Assembly: GCF_963921235.1 (NCBI RefSeq)
Contig: NC_086097.1
Span: forward strand, 128,652,001-128,716,000
DNA: 64,000 nt
Source: Mobula hypostoma
Lineage: Eukaryota
Direction: 5' to 3'
Shown: positions 9,817 through 22,279 of the stretch, piece after piece
How positions within the stretch are numbered: the first letter of the stretch is position 1
How the letters are laid out: every line of letters begins with the position of its first letter
Notes under the pieces: model-generated
What the model saw: the letters and a program-made list of their open reading frames with translations, nothing else
Database searches by the model: none
Told to the model about the DNA's origin: nothing
Position numbers and translations under genes: made by a program

Positions 9817-12800
9817 CATAGAACATAAAACATAGAAAACCTACAGTACAATACAGGCCCTTCGGCCCACAAAGCTGTGACAAACATGTCCTTACCCTAG
9901 AACTCACGAGGCTTACCCATAGCCCTCTATTTTCCTAAGCTCCATGTACCTATCCAGGAGCCTCTGAAAAGACCCTATCGTGTCCGCCTCCACCACTATC
10001 ACTGGCAGCCCATTCCACATACTCACCACTCTCTGTGTAAAAAAATTACCCCCGACATCTCCTCTGTACCTACTTCCAAACACCTTAAAACTATACCCTT
10101 TGGTGCTAGCTAGTTCAGTCCTGGGAAAAAGCCTCTGAATATCGACATGATCAATGTCTCTCATTATCTTGTACACCTCCATCAGGTCACTTCTCGTCCT
10201 CCGTCACTCCAAGGAGAAAACGCCGAGTTCACTCAACCTATTCTCATAAGGCATGCTCCCCAATCCAGGCAACATCCTTGTAAATCTCCTCTGCACCCTT
10301 TCTATGGTTTCCACGTCCTTCCTGTAGAGCGGCGACCAGAATTGAGCACAGTACTCCAAGTGGGGTCTAACCAGGGTTCTATATAGCTGCAACATTATGT
10401 CCCGGCACTTAAACTTAATCCCACAATTGATGAAGACCAATGCACCGTATGCCTTCTTAACCACAGAGTCAACCTGCGCAGCAGCTTTGAGTGTCCTATA
10501 GACTCAGACCCCAAGATCCCTCTGATCCTCCACACTGCCAAGAGTCTTACCATTAATGCTGTATTCTGACCTACCAAAATGAACCACCTCACACTTATCT
10601 GGGTTGAACTCCATCTGCCACTTCTCAGCCCAGTTTTGCATCCTATCAATGTCCTGCTATATCCTCTGATGGCACTCCACACTATCCACAACACCCCCAA
10701 CCTTGGTTTCATCAACAAATTTTCTAACCCATACCTTCACTTCCTCATCCAGGTCATTTATAAAAATTATGAAGAGTAGGGTGTCCCAGAACAGATCCCT
10801 GAGGAACACCACTGGACACCGACCCCCATGCAGAATATGACCCATCTATAGCCACTCCTTGCCTTCTGTGGGCAAGCCAGTTCTGGATCCACAAAGGAAT
10901 ATCCCCTTGGATCCCATGCCTCCTTACTTTCTCAATAAGCCTTGCATGGGGTACCTTATCAAATGCCTTGCTGAAATCTATATACATTACACCTACGGCT
11001 CTACCGTGTGTTTAGACACATCCTCAAAAAATTCAATCAGGCCTGTAAGGCACAATCTGTCTTTGAGAAAGCCATGCTGACTATTCCTAATCATATAATG
11101 CCTCTCCAACTGTTCATAAATTCTGCCTCTCAGGATCTTCTCCATCAATTTACCAACCACTGAAGTAAGACTCACTGGCAGATAATTTCCTTTTTGAATA
11201 AGGGAACAAAATCCGCAACCCTCCAATCCTCCAGGATCTCCCCCATCCTCATTGGCGATGCAAGGATCATTGCTAGAGGCTCAGCAATCTCTTCCCTCGC
11301 TTCCCACAGTAGCCTAGGGTACATCCCGTCCGGTCCTGGTGACTTATCGAACTTCATGCTTTCCAAAAACTCCAGCACATCCTCTTCCTTAATATCTACA
11401 TGCTCAAGCTTTTCAGTCTCCTGCAAGTCATCCTTACTATTGCCAAGATCCTTTTCCATAGTGAATACTGAAGCAAAGTGTGCATTCTCCTCTGATTCCA
11501 TACACACTTTTCCACTGTCACACTTGATTGGTCTTATTCTTTCACGTCTTATCCTCTTGCTCTTCACATACTTGTAGAATGTGTTTCTTGGGGTTTTCCT
11601 TAATCCTGCTCACCAAGGCCTTCTCATGTCCCCTTCTGGCTCTCCTAATTTCATTCTTAAGCTCCTTCTTGCTAGCATTATAACCTTCTAGATCTCAATC
11701 ATTACTTAGTTTTTTGAACCTTTCGTAAGCTCTTCTTTTCTTCTTGACTAGATTTACAACAGCCTTTGTACAACAAAGTTCCTGTACCCTACCATCCGTT
11801 CCCTGTCACATTGGAACGTACCTATGCAGAACACCATGCAAATATCCCCTGAACATTTGCCACATTTCTTCCCTATGTTTCCCTGATAACATCTGTTTCC
11901 AGTTTATGCTTCCAAGTTCCTGCCTGATAGCCTCATATTTCCCCTTACTCCAATTAAACGTTTCCCTAACTTGTCTGTTCCTATCCCTCTCCAATGCTAT
12001 GGTAAAGGAGATAGAATTGTGATCAGTATCTCCAAAATGCTCTCCTACTGAGAGTCCTGACACCTGACCAGGTTCATTTCCCAATATTGGATCAAGCACA
12101 GCCTATCCTCTTGTAGGCTTATCTACATATTGTGTCAAGAAACCTTCCTGAACACACCTAACAAACTCCACCCCATCTAAACCCCTCACTCTAGGGAGAT
12201 GCCAATCAGTATTTTTTTTAGATTAAAATTTAAAATCTCCCATCACAACAACCCTATTATTATTACACATTTTCAGAATCTGTCTCCCTATCTGCTCCTC
12301 GATGTCCCTGTTACTATTGGGTGGTCTAGAAAAAACACCCAGTAGAGTTATAGACCCCTTCCTATTCCTAACTTCCACCCACAGAGACTCCGTTGACAAT
12401 CCCTCTATGACTTCCTCTTTTTCTGCAGCTGTGACACTATCTCTGGTCAACCCACCTCTTTTGCCTCCCTCCCATGGCCTCTCATGGCCCCACCTCTTTT
12501 GCCTCCCTCCCTGTCCTTTCTGAAACATCTAAAGCCTGGCACTTGAAGTAGCCATTCCTGTCCCTGTACCATCCAAGTCACTCTAGTGGCCACAACATCA
12601 TTGCTCCAAGTGCTGATCCACGCTCTAAGCTCATTTGCTTTGTTCATAATACTCCTTGCATTAAAATAGACACATCTCAAACCATCGGTCTGAGTACGTC
12701 CCTTCTCTATCACCTGCTTAGCCTCCCTTTCGAACTGTCTCCAAGCTTTCTCTATTTGTGAGCCAACCTCCCTTTCCTCTGTCACATCAGTTTGGTTCCC

Positions 12801-13250
12801 ACCCCCCAGCAATTCTAGTTTAAACTCTCCCCAATAGCCTTAGCAAACCTCTCCGCCAGGATATTGATTCCCCTCGGATTCAAGTGCAACCCGTCCTTTT
12901 TGTACAATTCACACCTGCCCCAAAAGAAGTCCCAATGACCTAGAAATCTGAATCCCTGCCCCCTGCTCCAATCCCTCAGCCACGCATTTATCCTACACCT
13001 CTTTCTATTCCTATACTCGCTGTCACGTGGCACAGGCAGTAATCCCAAGATTACTGCCTTTGTGGTCCTGCTTCTTACCTTCCTTCCGAACTCCCCGTAG
13101 TCTGCTTTCAGGACCTCCTCCCTTTTCCTGTCTATGTCGTTCGTACCAATATGTACCACAACCTCTGGCTGTTCTCCTTCCCACTTCAAGATATCATGGA
13201 TGTGATCAGAAACATCCCAGACCCGGCACCTGGGAGGCAAACTACCATCC
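9817..13250 (-). mobile_element. Long disrupted CR1 LINE: ORF1 SGNH esterase, ORF2 APE endonuclease and RT, 3' UTR
   Basis: 12815..13267 VVVHIGTNDI...KDGLHLN; CVYFNARSIMNK; VMGDF; KSPGPDGMYPRLL; YIDFSKAFDKVPH; SGVPQGSVLG; YRTLVRPHLEYC; (catagaa)n tail; many frameshifts. Confidence 0.95.
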
Positions 13251-13544
13251 GCAATATCGAAACCCAATTACAGAAGAAAGGCAAGACTCCAATGAAGAGA
13301 CGGTGACAAGAGTTTATTGATAATAATTCCAAAAGTACATCGGTCAAGCAACAGTGCAAGAAGTAACCAGGAGATTATCGTTAATTGGACATCGGCTCAA
13401 ATAGAAGGAACACGGAATTGTTGAGCCTATCAAAATAAACCAGGAGACCGCTTACAAAGAGTGAGTTGCTTCAGAAAAACACAAAGAACTCAAAGAACGA
13501 TTCTTTCAAAGAAAGCATGCTCTCCAGTGCCTCCAACAGGCCTT

Positions 13545-14075
13545 GAGAACTCATTACTGGAACATTGCATTCAGTTCTGTTTGAATCATTATTGGACGGA
13601 TATAGAAGCTTTAAAGAGGGCGCAGATGAAATTTACCAGGATGCTGCCTTGATTAGAGAGAGGGCCTCATGACGATAGGTTGAGCGAGTTAGGGCTTTTC
13701 TTTCTGGTGAGGATGATGAGTGGTGACTTTATGGAGGTATACAAGATAATTAAAGTCATAGATAGAGTGGACAGTTGCCTACTGTTCGCCAGAGAAAATG
13801 GCTAATTCAAGGGAAATTATAGGGTGGTGGGGGATTCAGAGGTTTTACTTTTACACACAGAGCATGGCAGATGCGTGGGACACACTGTTAAGGGTGGTGG
13901 TTGAGGAAGGTACATTATATACACTTATAAGACTCAGATGGACACAAGTATAAAATAACAATGGAGGGCTATGTGGGCTGGAAGAGTTAAGATTTATTTT
14001 CGAGTGGGTTAAAAGGATAGCACCACACTGTGGGTGAATGGCCTACATTGTGCTGTACTTCTCTCTGTTGTATGT
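13545..14075 (+). mobile_element. CR1 3' fragment
   Basis: LEHCIQF...DIEALKRAQMKFTRMLP followed by 3' UTR. Confidence 0.8.
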
Positions 14076-14094
14076 TCCAGAATGAGGCCATACC

Positions 14095-14410
14095 AGTAAA
14101 TAGAATGGTTACAGTGTTTGACATAGCTGTCTTTATTGGTTGGAGCAGTCATCACAAGATCAAAGGACTCCTATTGCAGTTTCATGAAAGATTGCTGAGC
14201 CACACTTGGAGTAAAGTGTGCAATTCTGATCCCCCTATTACAGTCAGGACGGTGTCACAAGATACAGGTACGACTTACCAGGATGCTGCGTATATTAAGG
14301 CTTATGAGCAGAAGTGACAGCTTGAACAATCATGGGTTGTCATTGGAATTCCAGGACTGAGGGGGAACTTAACAGAAGTTTGTAAAGTTATGGGGCATTG
14401 ATACTAATCT
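14095..14410 (+). mobile_element. Degenerate CR1 RT fragment
   Basis: ccacacttggagta..tgtgcaattctg...ttaccaggatgctg. Confidence 0.6.
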
Positions 14411-15859
14411 ACCTTTTATCTTATATTCTTCTCCCACCCAATATTCAGTGCAACCGTTCTTGGTGCAACCTCTTGCTGGGTGAATAAGCCTCCCTGTGTT
14501 TCCTTACTGTGGTTATCCTTCCATTTGCAGATCATCAGTGTTAAGACATTGACCTTTCAAGGGCATGTCTTTTTGATTTACGAATCCATTTCTCAAGGTA
14601 ATGAACAGCCTGCCATGGAAGCACACTGAACCAAAGTATCCAATGTTGTATTTCACTGAGCCTTGCTAATTTACCAAATTTCAGTGCATGAAATTTTTCT
14701 CAGGAATCTATCCTTTTCATGTGCCGAGGAATAGCTGTACATGTATTGCCTATTATATAAACAAGAGATTCTTGCCAAATACCAAACTGGTTTTGCCTTT
14801 TGGCCTACATCAGCAGAAAACAATGCAGCTCACCCGGGGAAAGTGCTTGCATTTATTAGGACGGTAGCCACTTTATTAAATATCGATTTGTATCACAGTC
14901 TTTAATCAAATCTAAGAGGAGCTCTCTTCATCTCTTCCACCCCCTGCCCTTCTGCAGGCCCCACAATCACTTTCATAGGCTGATGAGAGAGGGAACCAGG
15001 AATGAACAGTTTAGCAAGCATTCTTTTCAACAGTAATGAGGCTTTTGTGATAATCGAGTGATGAAATTTGAATGGGCAGTAATGATCCCAATTACATCCA
15101 CCGGGGAACAATCAAAGCAGTCTCTCTCTGCACACATACATGGGCACGTCGGATATGATTGTTCCTGCTGTCGGTAGTCATCATTGCTCTTCTCTGAGGA
15201 CACAGGGGAGGAATTATTTTATTTTAAAACGGCACAGCATACAAAAGAACAAGGTCACCGACTGCGGCTACCAAAAGGTGGATGACTTTAATCCACCTTG
15301 GATTGTTATCCCAACTTCTAAAATTGATTTGATCTGCCCTGATGTTTGAATATTGCCTCATCATGATAACAAGATTAAGTAAAGCTTCTGTCAGCTTGGT
15401 TACGCAGGAAATTTGCTGGGTGGCTGACATTAGTTGGATTCAAGAGAATGGGCCAGTTGCCAGGTAACAGTCAGAGCTCCTGCTCACTCTGTCTATGCAA
15501 GCCCTCACTGTAGCAAGATTCGTCCAGACAACATTTACTTTGCTCCATTACCCAAGTTTTCTCTGAAGTTTCTTTTACTTTGACCCAAACGGAATATTCG
15601 ACTGCCAGCCAAGATACTTGCAGATGTTGGGACGTTGGGGGTGGGGGGGAGTTGTGGTGGAGGGGGAATGATTTGGGATCTGTATGTGACCGAGTTGGTG
15701 ATTAGTGAAGTCAGCCACTGTTTAGTGGTTCAGCATTAATTGTGGTCAATATTTGCTGATGGCCTCTGTCACATGCAGAGGAACTAGGTCGGTAGCACTT
15801 AACCCAGGGTAATCTATTACCAAAGGTCCCCATCATCTGGGCCATGGGACTTTATTTCA

Positions 15860-16470
15860 GCTACCATTGGACAGGAGTACAGAATTCTGAAGTCCCACAC
15901 CATCACTGAAACGTTCCCACAACCAATTATTTCACTTCCAAGGACTCTTTCTCTCAATATCTCATGTTCCCATTATTTATTGCTATTTATTTATATCTGC
16001 ATTTGCAGTTTGTCATCTTCTGTACTCTGCTCGATCTTTCATTGACCGTGTTATAGTTACCATCCTATAGATTTGCTGAGTATGCCCGCAAGAAAATGTA
16101 TCTCAGGTTTGTACATGGTGGTATACGTGTACTTTGATAATAAAATTTACTTTGAACTCTGAACCCCAGGTTCAAGAACAGCTATTTGCCTTCAACCACT
16201 CACTTCTTAAACCTGCTTGCACAGTCCTAACACTACCTCTGTAACACTGACAACCTTAATCACTTTGCAAACATAATGGACTTTGTTTTGTTCTAATTGT
16301 GTACTTTCTTGGTAAAAACTGTATATGTTATATATAATTTATGGAGTTTTTCTTGTGAAAGCTGCTTATATGATGTTATGAGCCTGTGATGCTGCTGCAG
16401 GTTACGTTTTCCATCACATCTGCACATACACGTGCAGTACTTGTGCATAAACTTGACTTTGACTATGAAT
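15860..16470 (+). mobile_element. Nested Rex1-type 3' fragments
   Basis: aggagtacagaa..ctgaagtcccacacca|...|ccaggttcaagaacagcta split by a second 3' UTR ending tgataataaa..tttactttgaact. Confidence 0.6.
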
Positions 16471-16634
16471 TTGACCTCGTAAATTTTATTCTCCAGATAT
16501 GCCAGGCAGGGAAAAGTGGGGAATCAGCAGAGTAATGCCTTCCTGGCATCTCCTGTTGCCTGCAGATATGCAGACCACTGGGAGGGTAAGGTTTCAGTAC
16601 CTATGATACTTCACATTTGTATTTGCTGTGGTAC

Positions 16635-16895
16635 TTGTGAGAAGCATGGATAGGGTAGATAGTAAGGAATTTATCCCCCTGGCAGAAGTTTCTAAAATCA
16701 GAGGTCTACAATGAAGAAAAAACGTTTAAAGAGGATCTGAGGGAGAATTTATTCTCCCAGAGTGCGGCTGATATCTGGAATACACTGCCCGAGAAAGTAT
16801 TAGAGGTGGACGACTCTAACAAGTATCTGGGGTGAGCAATTGAATCACCAAGGCATAGTTAGCTATGAACCTAGTATCAGTAAAGTGGGTTTAAT
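16635..16895 (+). mobile_element. CR1 3' fragment
   Basis: gcatggatagggtagat...gatctgaggg..aatttattctcccagagtg. Confidence 0.7.
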
Positions 16896-16989
16896 GTCAT
16901 AGCCTTCATTTTCCCACTGAGCAGAGCAAAAAGCACCCAACAGCACACTATTGATCTGAAGTACTAAGTACTTAACCAAAACATGTTTG

Positions 16990-17120
16990 CAGCGTAGTGA
17001 TGCTGCACGGTGGAGCTACTGTCTCACTGCTTTAGTGTCAAGGGTTCGATCCTGGCCTCTGGTACCGTACGTGTAGAGTTTCCGTGCTCTCCCTGTGACT
17101 GCGTGGGTTTCCTCTGGATC
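16990..17120 (+). mobile_element. V-SINE 5' fragment
   Basis: B-box GGGTTCGATCC; GCGTGGGTTTCCTCTGG. Confidence 0.7.
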
Positions 17121-17924
17121 TTAAAGAGTGTACACCACAGAAACAGATCCTTCAGTCCACCAACTCCATGCGAACCATTATATCTGCCTTTACTAATCAG
17201 ATTTACAGCAAAAATTAGTGAAAGACTGGAATTACTCTGACATCTTTCTATGTCATAGGCAGGTATGGAAAACGTTAATGTGTGAAACCTTCTGTGAGGC
17301 CTGTGGTAGAAAAGGTAGAGACAGCAGTGAAAGTGATGACAAGGTTTGGATTTTGCTGTTAATTTGCCTTTTACCTTGAGGGAACTTCATCCTTACTGTC
17401 GACATTTACCTTTTCACCTCGGGAGTACAAAATAAAGTGATCACAGGTACTCTGGTGCTGCTTTTAGCACGGCCAGTTCCAAATTAGAGAACAGTCTGTA
17501 ATTTGCTTTAATTGTAATTGACAGTCCCACTTAGCAAGGCTATAAGGCTAGCTACTGTGGGAAAGTCACAATGGGGTCACAGAGTATAGACTTCTGCTGT
17601 TACGATAAAGGCATATTGTGAATTCAAAGAAGCAGTTTAACTTTTCTCTGAACCACGTTACAACTGACCTGGGAGCACTTAATGTTGACCCAATACAGCA
17701 GTAGAAAAGTATTCCACTGCTGCCAGAGAATGCTTTAGTTTAATGAGCATTAAAACAATCAGTGGAATTGAAAATAATTTTTCATTTTGTTCTAAAAACT
17801 TTGAACCTTGGACAGGGTGGGAATGACAGAGGGATGGTGATATTAACTTGGTCCAAATTATTGATCATGCCCCTTCCCATAGATTCAGTGTTTAGCACCA
17901 GACTGCCAGCAGGTAGCAAGACAT

Positions 17925-18300
17925 TCCACCCACTGTTTCTTCTGCAATCTTCCCATCTGCTATCACCATCTCCCTCACTTCATATTATGTTCCACCTTCC
18001 TCTCCTGTCAGATTACATCATATTTAGCCTTTGTCATCTCCACTATTTTTTCACTCCCCCCCCCCCACATCTCCCCATTACCCCTCCCCACTTGGATCCA
18101 CCTATTACTTCCCAGCCCTTTCTCCTCCCTCTTCCACACACCATTTTATACTCGCCATATCCTCTCTATATCTCAGTCCAGATGAAGGGCCTTGACCCAA
18201 AACATCAACTGTCCATTTTCCTCCCTAGACGACTTGTTGTGTTCCTCCAGCACTTTGTGTGCTGTTCCAGGTTTAAAAATCTGCAGTATCTTGTGACTCC
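17925..18300 (+). mobile_element. Old PLE pseudo-LTR with decayed hammerhead (~18174-18211)
   Basis: cagtccagatgaagggccttgacccaaaacatcaactg followed by tail gagttcctccagcactttgtgtg. Confidence 0.72.
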
Positions 18301-18469
18301 AGTAGTACCACTTTACCCAGGATGCCATTTCCCAATGTCTACAAAATAAAGAATCAGATTATACCACACACCTTGAGTCATGTGATAGTGGAAGTTCTGG
18401 AAGTTCTGTGTGTGTAACTGGTTACCAATGTGTAGGTTAGGGAGCATATGAGCCAGTACTTACAACCAT

Positions 18470-18785
18470 ATTGACTTACCTCTGCCATCTATAACCCTTT
18501 GAAGTCCCAGCAATCCTCTATATCCGCTTATTGAAAATCCTTAAACTTAATTGCTGCATCATTAGTAGTCAGTGCTCCTACTGATTTGGTTCCAAGCTTT
18601 TAACCTTTCTACCTCTCTTTTCTTTAAGGAACTCCTTAAAACTTAAATATTTGCCTAAGCTTTTGGTCACTTGTCCTAAGATCTTCTAACTTGGCTCAGT
18701 GCTGATTTTGTTCATGGTCTTGTGGAGAGCCTTGGGACGTTTTCACCACATCAAAGGTCGGACGAGTATAAGTAGTTGCTGTCTT
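18470..18785 (+). mobile_element. L2-like LINE 3' end
   Basis: ctccttaaaac....tttg..taagcttttggtcac...gccttgggacgtttt. Confidence 0.5.
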
Positions 18786-18964
18786 TACACTGAATGCTCC
18801 TTTACTAAAGGCACAAGTTGGACAAGTCTTTAACTGAGGCTATGATAGCTATAACGGGTTGTTACCTTTAATATAAATCACGATCTTTTGGCTTGATTAC
18901 CTGGAGGGATCAAAGAGAAATTTCACATACATTTTCTCACATAATCAGTTTCCTACTGGCTTCT

Positions 18965-19213
18965 TCCTTAACACAAGAGGTTCTACAGATGTTTGAAATC
19001 CAGAGTAACGCATACAAAATTCTGGAGGACCCCTGAGGAAGGGTCTCAGGCCTAGGGGTTCCCAAGCTGGGATCCACGGACCTCTCAGTTACAGCTGGGG
19101 GTCCATGGCATAAAAAAGGTTGGGAACCCCTCCGCTCAAATGTCAACTCTTTACTCCTTTCCACAAATGCTGCCTGACTTGCTGAGTTCTTCCAACATTT
19201 TGTGTACATTTTT
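18965..19213. mobile_element. Fold-back PLE tail insertion carrying a nested MITE
   Basis: Inverted tails; candidate TSD ctggcttct 18956-18964 / 19214-19222. Confidence 0.7.
19053..19132. mobile_element. hAT (Charlie-like) MITE
   Basis: TIRs AGGGGTTCCCAA / TTGGGAACCCCT; internal GGGGTCCATGG; no clean 8-bp TSD seen. Confidence 0.7.
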
Positions 19214-19462
19214 CTGGCTTCTGTGATGGTAGATCTGAACCCCATTTGCCTCAATAACAAATATCTTTCCAAGTGCTTTCACCCAGCACTTGTTTCAGAA
19301 GCAATAGGTTATCAGGCTATTGCCCACATTCAGTAGTGGCAAGAATCAAAAGACCAGCTAGTTTGTTGAGCCTGCATCATACACTGTAATGACCTGAGCT
19401 CAGCACTAAAAACTGCTCATATTCTCCTTCTGAGTAGCCATGTAGGCTCTTGAGAAAGGTAA

Positions 19463-20262
19463 TTTTTTTTTATTTTAACAAAATATACTTTATTCAGAAA
19501 TAAAATTATGTCCAATAAACCATTCAATGACTGTCAATCCTTTACAGACGTTTCCACTACATTCTATACACAAAATAATCTGCAGATGCTGGGGTCAAAG
19601 CACCACTCACAACACGCTGGAGGAACTCAGCAGGTTGGGCAGCATCCGTGGAAACGATGAGTCGACGTTTCGGGCCGGAACACTTCGTCTTCCGGCTCGA
19701 AACGTCGAATCATCGTTTCCACGGATGCTGCCCGACCTGCTGAGTTCCTCCAGAGTGTTGTAAGTGTTCCACTACATTCTATACATTTCTACACTTTCAG
19801 CCACTCACGTGGCACTATGTTATTTCATCTTTACCCATCATTGTTGAGGGGTATACTCCCCGCCACCCGACCCCTCCCACTCCCCCGGGAAAAGGACCCT
19901 AAACAGTGGTCCTTCTCCACCGGGCCTTTGCTGTACCTGCACCAAGCTTCAGTGCGTCCCCCAGCACGTACTCCTGCAGCCGAGAATGTGCCAGTCGGCA
20001 GCATTCTCCCACGGACATCTCCATGTGCTGGTAGACCATCAAGTTTCGGGCCGACCAAAGAGTGTCTTTCACCGAGTTGACGATCTGCCAGCAGCACCGG
20101 ATGTTGGTCCCTGTGTGCGTCCCTGGGAACAGCCCGTAGATCAGAGAGTCCTCTGTTATGCAGCTGCTGGGGATGAAGCGTGACACTAGCCCGTCCATCC
20201 TCCTCCACACCTTCTCCACGAAACCACAGTGTGCAAAGAGGTGGGTCACAGACTCCTCCTCA
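19463..20262 (-). mobile_element. Tx1/L1-clade LINE, 5'-truncated 3' end
   Basis: EESVTHLFAHCGFVEKVW...LWSARNLMVY (ORF2 C-terminal zinc-finger region); AATAAA and poly(A) on the minus strand at ~19463-19495. Confidence 0.85.
19571..19766. mobile_element. Near-perfect palindromic PLE tail insertion
   Basis: Arms 19604-19680 / 19690-19766 (72/77 identical), 9-nt spacer; exact 19-bp TSD ttccactacattctataca 19552-19570 / 19767-19785. Confidence 0.9.
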
Positions 20263-20934
20263 CTGTAATAAATGTATAAAAACATACACGGGCCAACCGG
20301 GGAAATAGCAATTGGGTGCAAATGGGATCCTCGTGTCTTTACACATCGGGATCTTTATGTTTGTTATAACTTGCCCGAGGAGCAAAGTGATAGCCTGCTC
20401 CAGGTATACGTATTTACTGTTGGTCACTTTGTTTTCCAACATACTAACTTTTCAACGGCTCACCAACTGAACAAGACGTTATATACAACAGATTAGTGAG
20501 CTGTGAATGGCAGTAATTCGTTAGTTATGTTAATCTTAGATGCACAGATAAATGATGGAGTCAAATCATCATTTGCCATTCCCTACTGCACCTTCATTAT
20601 AAACCTCAGCCCCTCTTCACAATGGAATTCCATTAAGTTGGATACAAGTGAGTTCTCAACTGAATCACACCAACTGAATAGAGTTAACAATAATTCATGT
20701 GCCTTAAATAGACGTAATTAAGAATTTGGTTACTGCTTCATTTTGAACTTATTATTAAATTATTTCTATTGAAAACAATCTAACAATAATAGGTCATTTA
20801 ATTGTTTCAGTATTAATGAAAATGCAGTTTAACACAGCTATATTTTAATAGTTATATATCTTTTTTTCACATGGCATAAAGACTAAGATTAGAGTCTGTT
20901 ATAATTTTCTCCAACTGCTACCTCAGTTTAAAAA

Positions 20935-21285
20935 AGTCATGAGGGGAGAGATCACAGTCTTTTTCCAATAGAGAAGTCTAAAACTAGAGAGGCTTGGGCT
21001 TAAAGATAGTGGGCAACAATTTCACGGGGTCCTGAGGGGTACGTTTATTGTCCAGTATGTCCACGGTGGGTATATGGAGCAAACCTCCTGAAGAACTGGG
21101 GGAGGAGGCGGGTACAATTACAGCATTTAAAAGGCACTTGGAAAGGTACACAGATAGGAAGGGTTTAGAGGGACATGGGCCAATTGCAGGCAAATGGATC
21201 TGTCCCAGAAAAGCACCTTTGTTGGCATGGATGAGTTGGGCCCAAGAGCCTGTTTCTGTGTTGTACAGCTCTATGACCCTATAAT
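20935..21285 (+). mobile_element. CR1 3' fragment
   Basis: EEAGTITAFKRHLERY; CR1 3' UTR. Confidence 0.8.
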
Positions 21286-21394
21286 GTCAAAGTAAATAGT
21301 AGAATTATTTGGACAAAGTACATAGATTACAATAAAATCAAATTTGTGAAATTGTTACTAATATAAACACTGTTTTATTACAGACTGCCACCAT

Positions 21395-21630
21395 TGGGGG
21401 AGGGAGAGATCGTCAACTTAGGCCTAAGAGGCCAGTGTCTGGCATTTTCATGCCTTACAAGGCACGGATCTAAAGACCGTGTGGTGTGCCACTCCTCACA
21501 CAGACATAGAGCAATGTGTGGTTAAGTGCCTTGCTCAAGGACACAACACGTTGCTTCAGCTAAGACTCAAACTGGCCACCTTCGGATCACTAGACGAACG
21601 CCTCAACCACTTGGCCACATGCCCACACAA
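21395..21630 (-). mobile_element. tRNA-derived CORE-type SINE
   Basis: Minus strand A-box TGGCCAAGTGG and core GTGTCCTTGAGCAAGGCACTTAACC; TSD tgccaccat 21386-21394 / tgtcaccat 21631-21639. Confidence 0.75.
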
Positions 21631-21679
21631 TGTCACCATCAATTAAGGAGAAATAACCTGGCAAATGCTTCCTTTTAGG

Positions 21680-21930
21680 ACACATAAGAGACTGTGGATT
21701 CTGGAATCTGGGGTAATTCAGTGTTGGGGTGGGGGTTGGGGGAGTGGGAGGAACTGTTGATGTTTTGGTTTGATTAAGAGTGGAAGGGAAAGACGGTGAG
21801 TATAAAGAGGGGAAGGGGAGTGGTGGGACGGGAGCCTGAGGTGACTGATGATTGGTGGACTGAGGTAGGATGTAAAATGACAGGCATATTGTGACAGTTT
21901 AAGGAGGGGAGCGTGGGTGGAGTTGGGAAA
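21680..21930 (-). mobile_element. Old PLE pseudo-LTR fragment
   Basis: gacacataagagactgtggattctggaatctg matches the reverse complement of the PLE tail; purine-rich body. Confidence 0.55.
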
Positions 21931-22279
21931 TAGTTTTTTACTGCTGAGGGGTTAAGATTAAGTTTCTGTGATAAGGAAAAGGGTAATCACAGACTTTATA
22001 ATAACAGAGAGTAGAAATCTCTCTTCAGTCACGTTGCTACACTTGCATTATGATGATAGCTCTATGTTGTTGTGCTTTTAAAAGTTGCCCCCATTGAAAT
22101 CAGTGACACTGTCTGTTGGAAGCCAACACCCTATTGTGCATCTAGAATGTACAACATTTCTCCTGCTTAGACAATCTTGGTTGAAGCTGAGTCTGTTAGT
22201 ACTGCACAAGTACGAGCGCAATCAAGCCTTTGTAGCTCTGAATGAATTAATCCATGGCTTTCATGTGTGGGTGATGACT

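Noticed and set aside
17570..17760. Possible ancient repeat or conserved element
   Set aside because: Similarity too vague to assign without a search
21520..21630. tRNA genes here and at 4306, 16990, 47295
   Set aside because: Only A/B-box heads fused to SINE bodies; no cloverleaf
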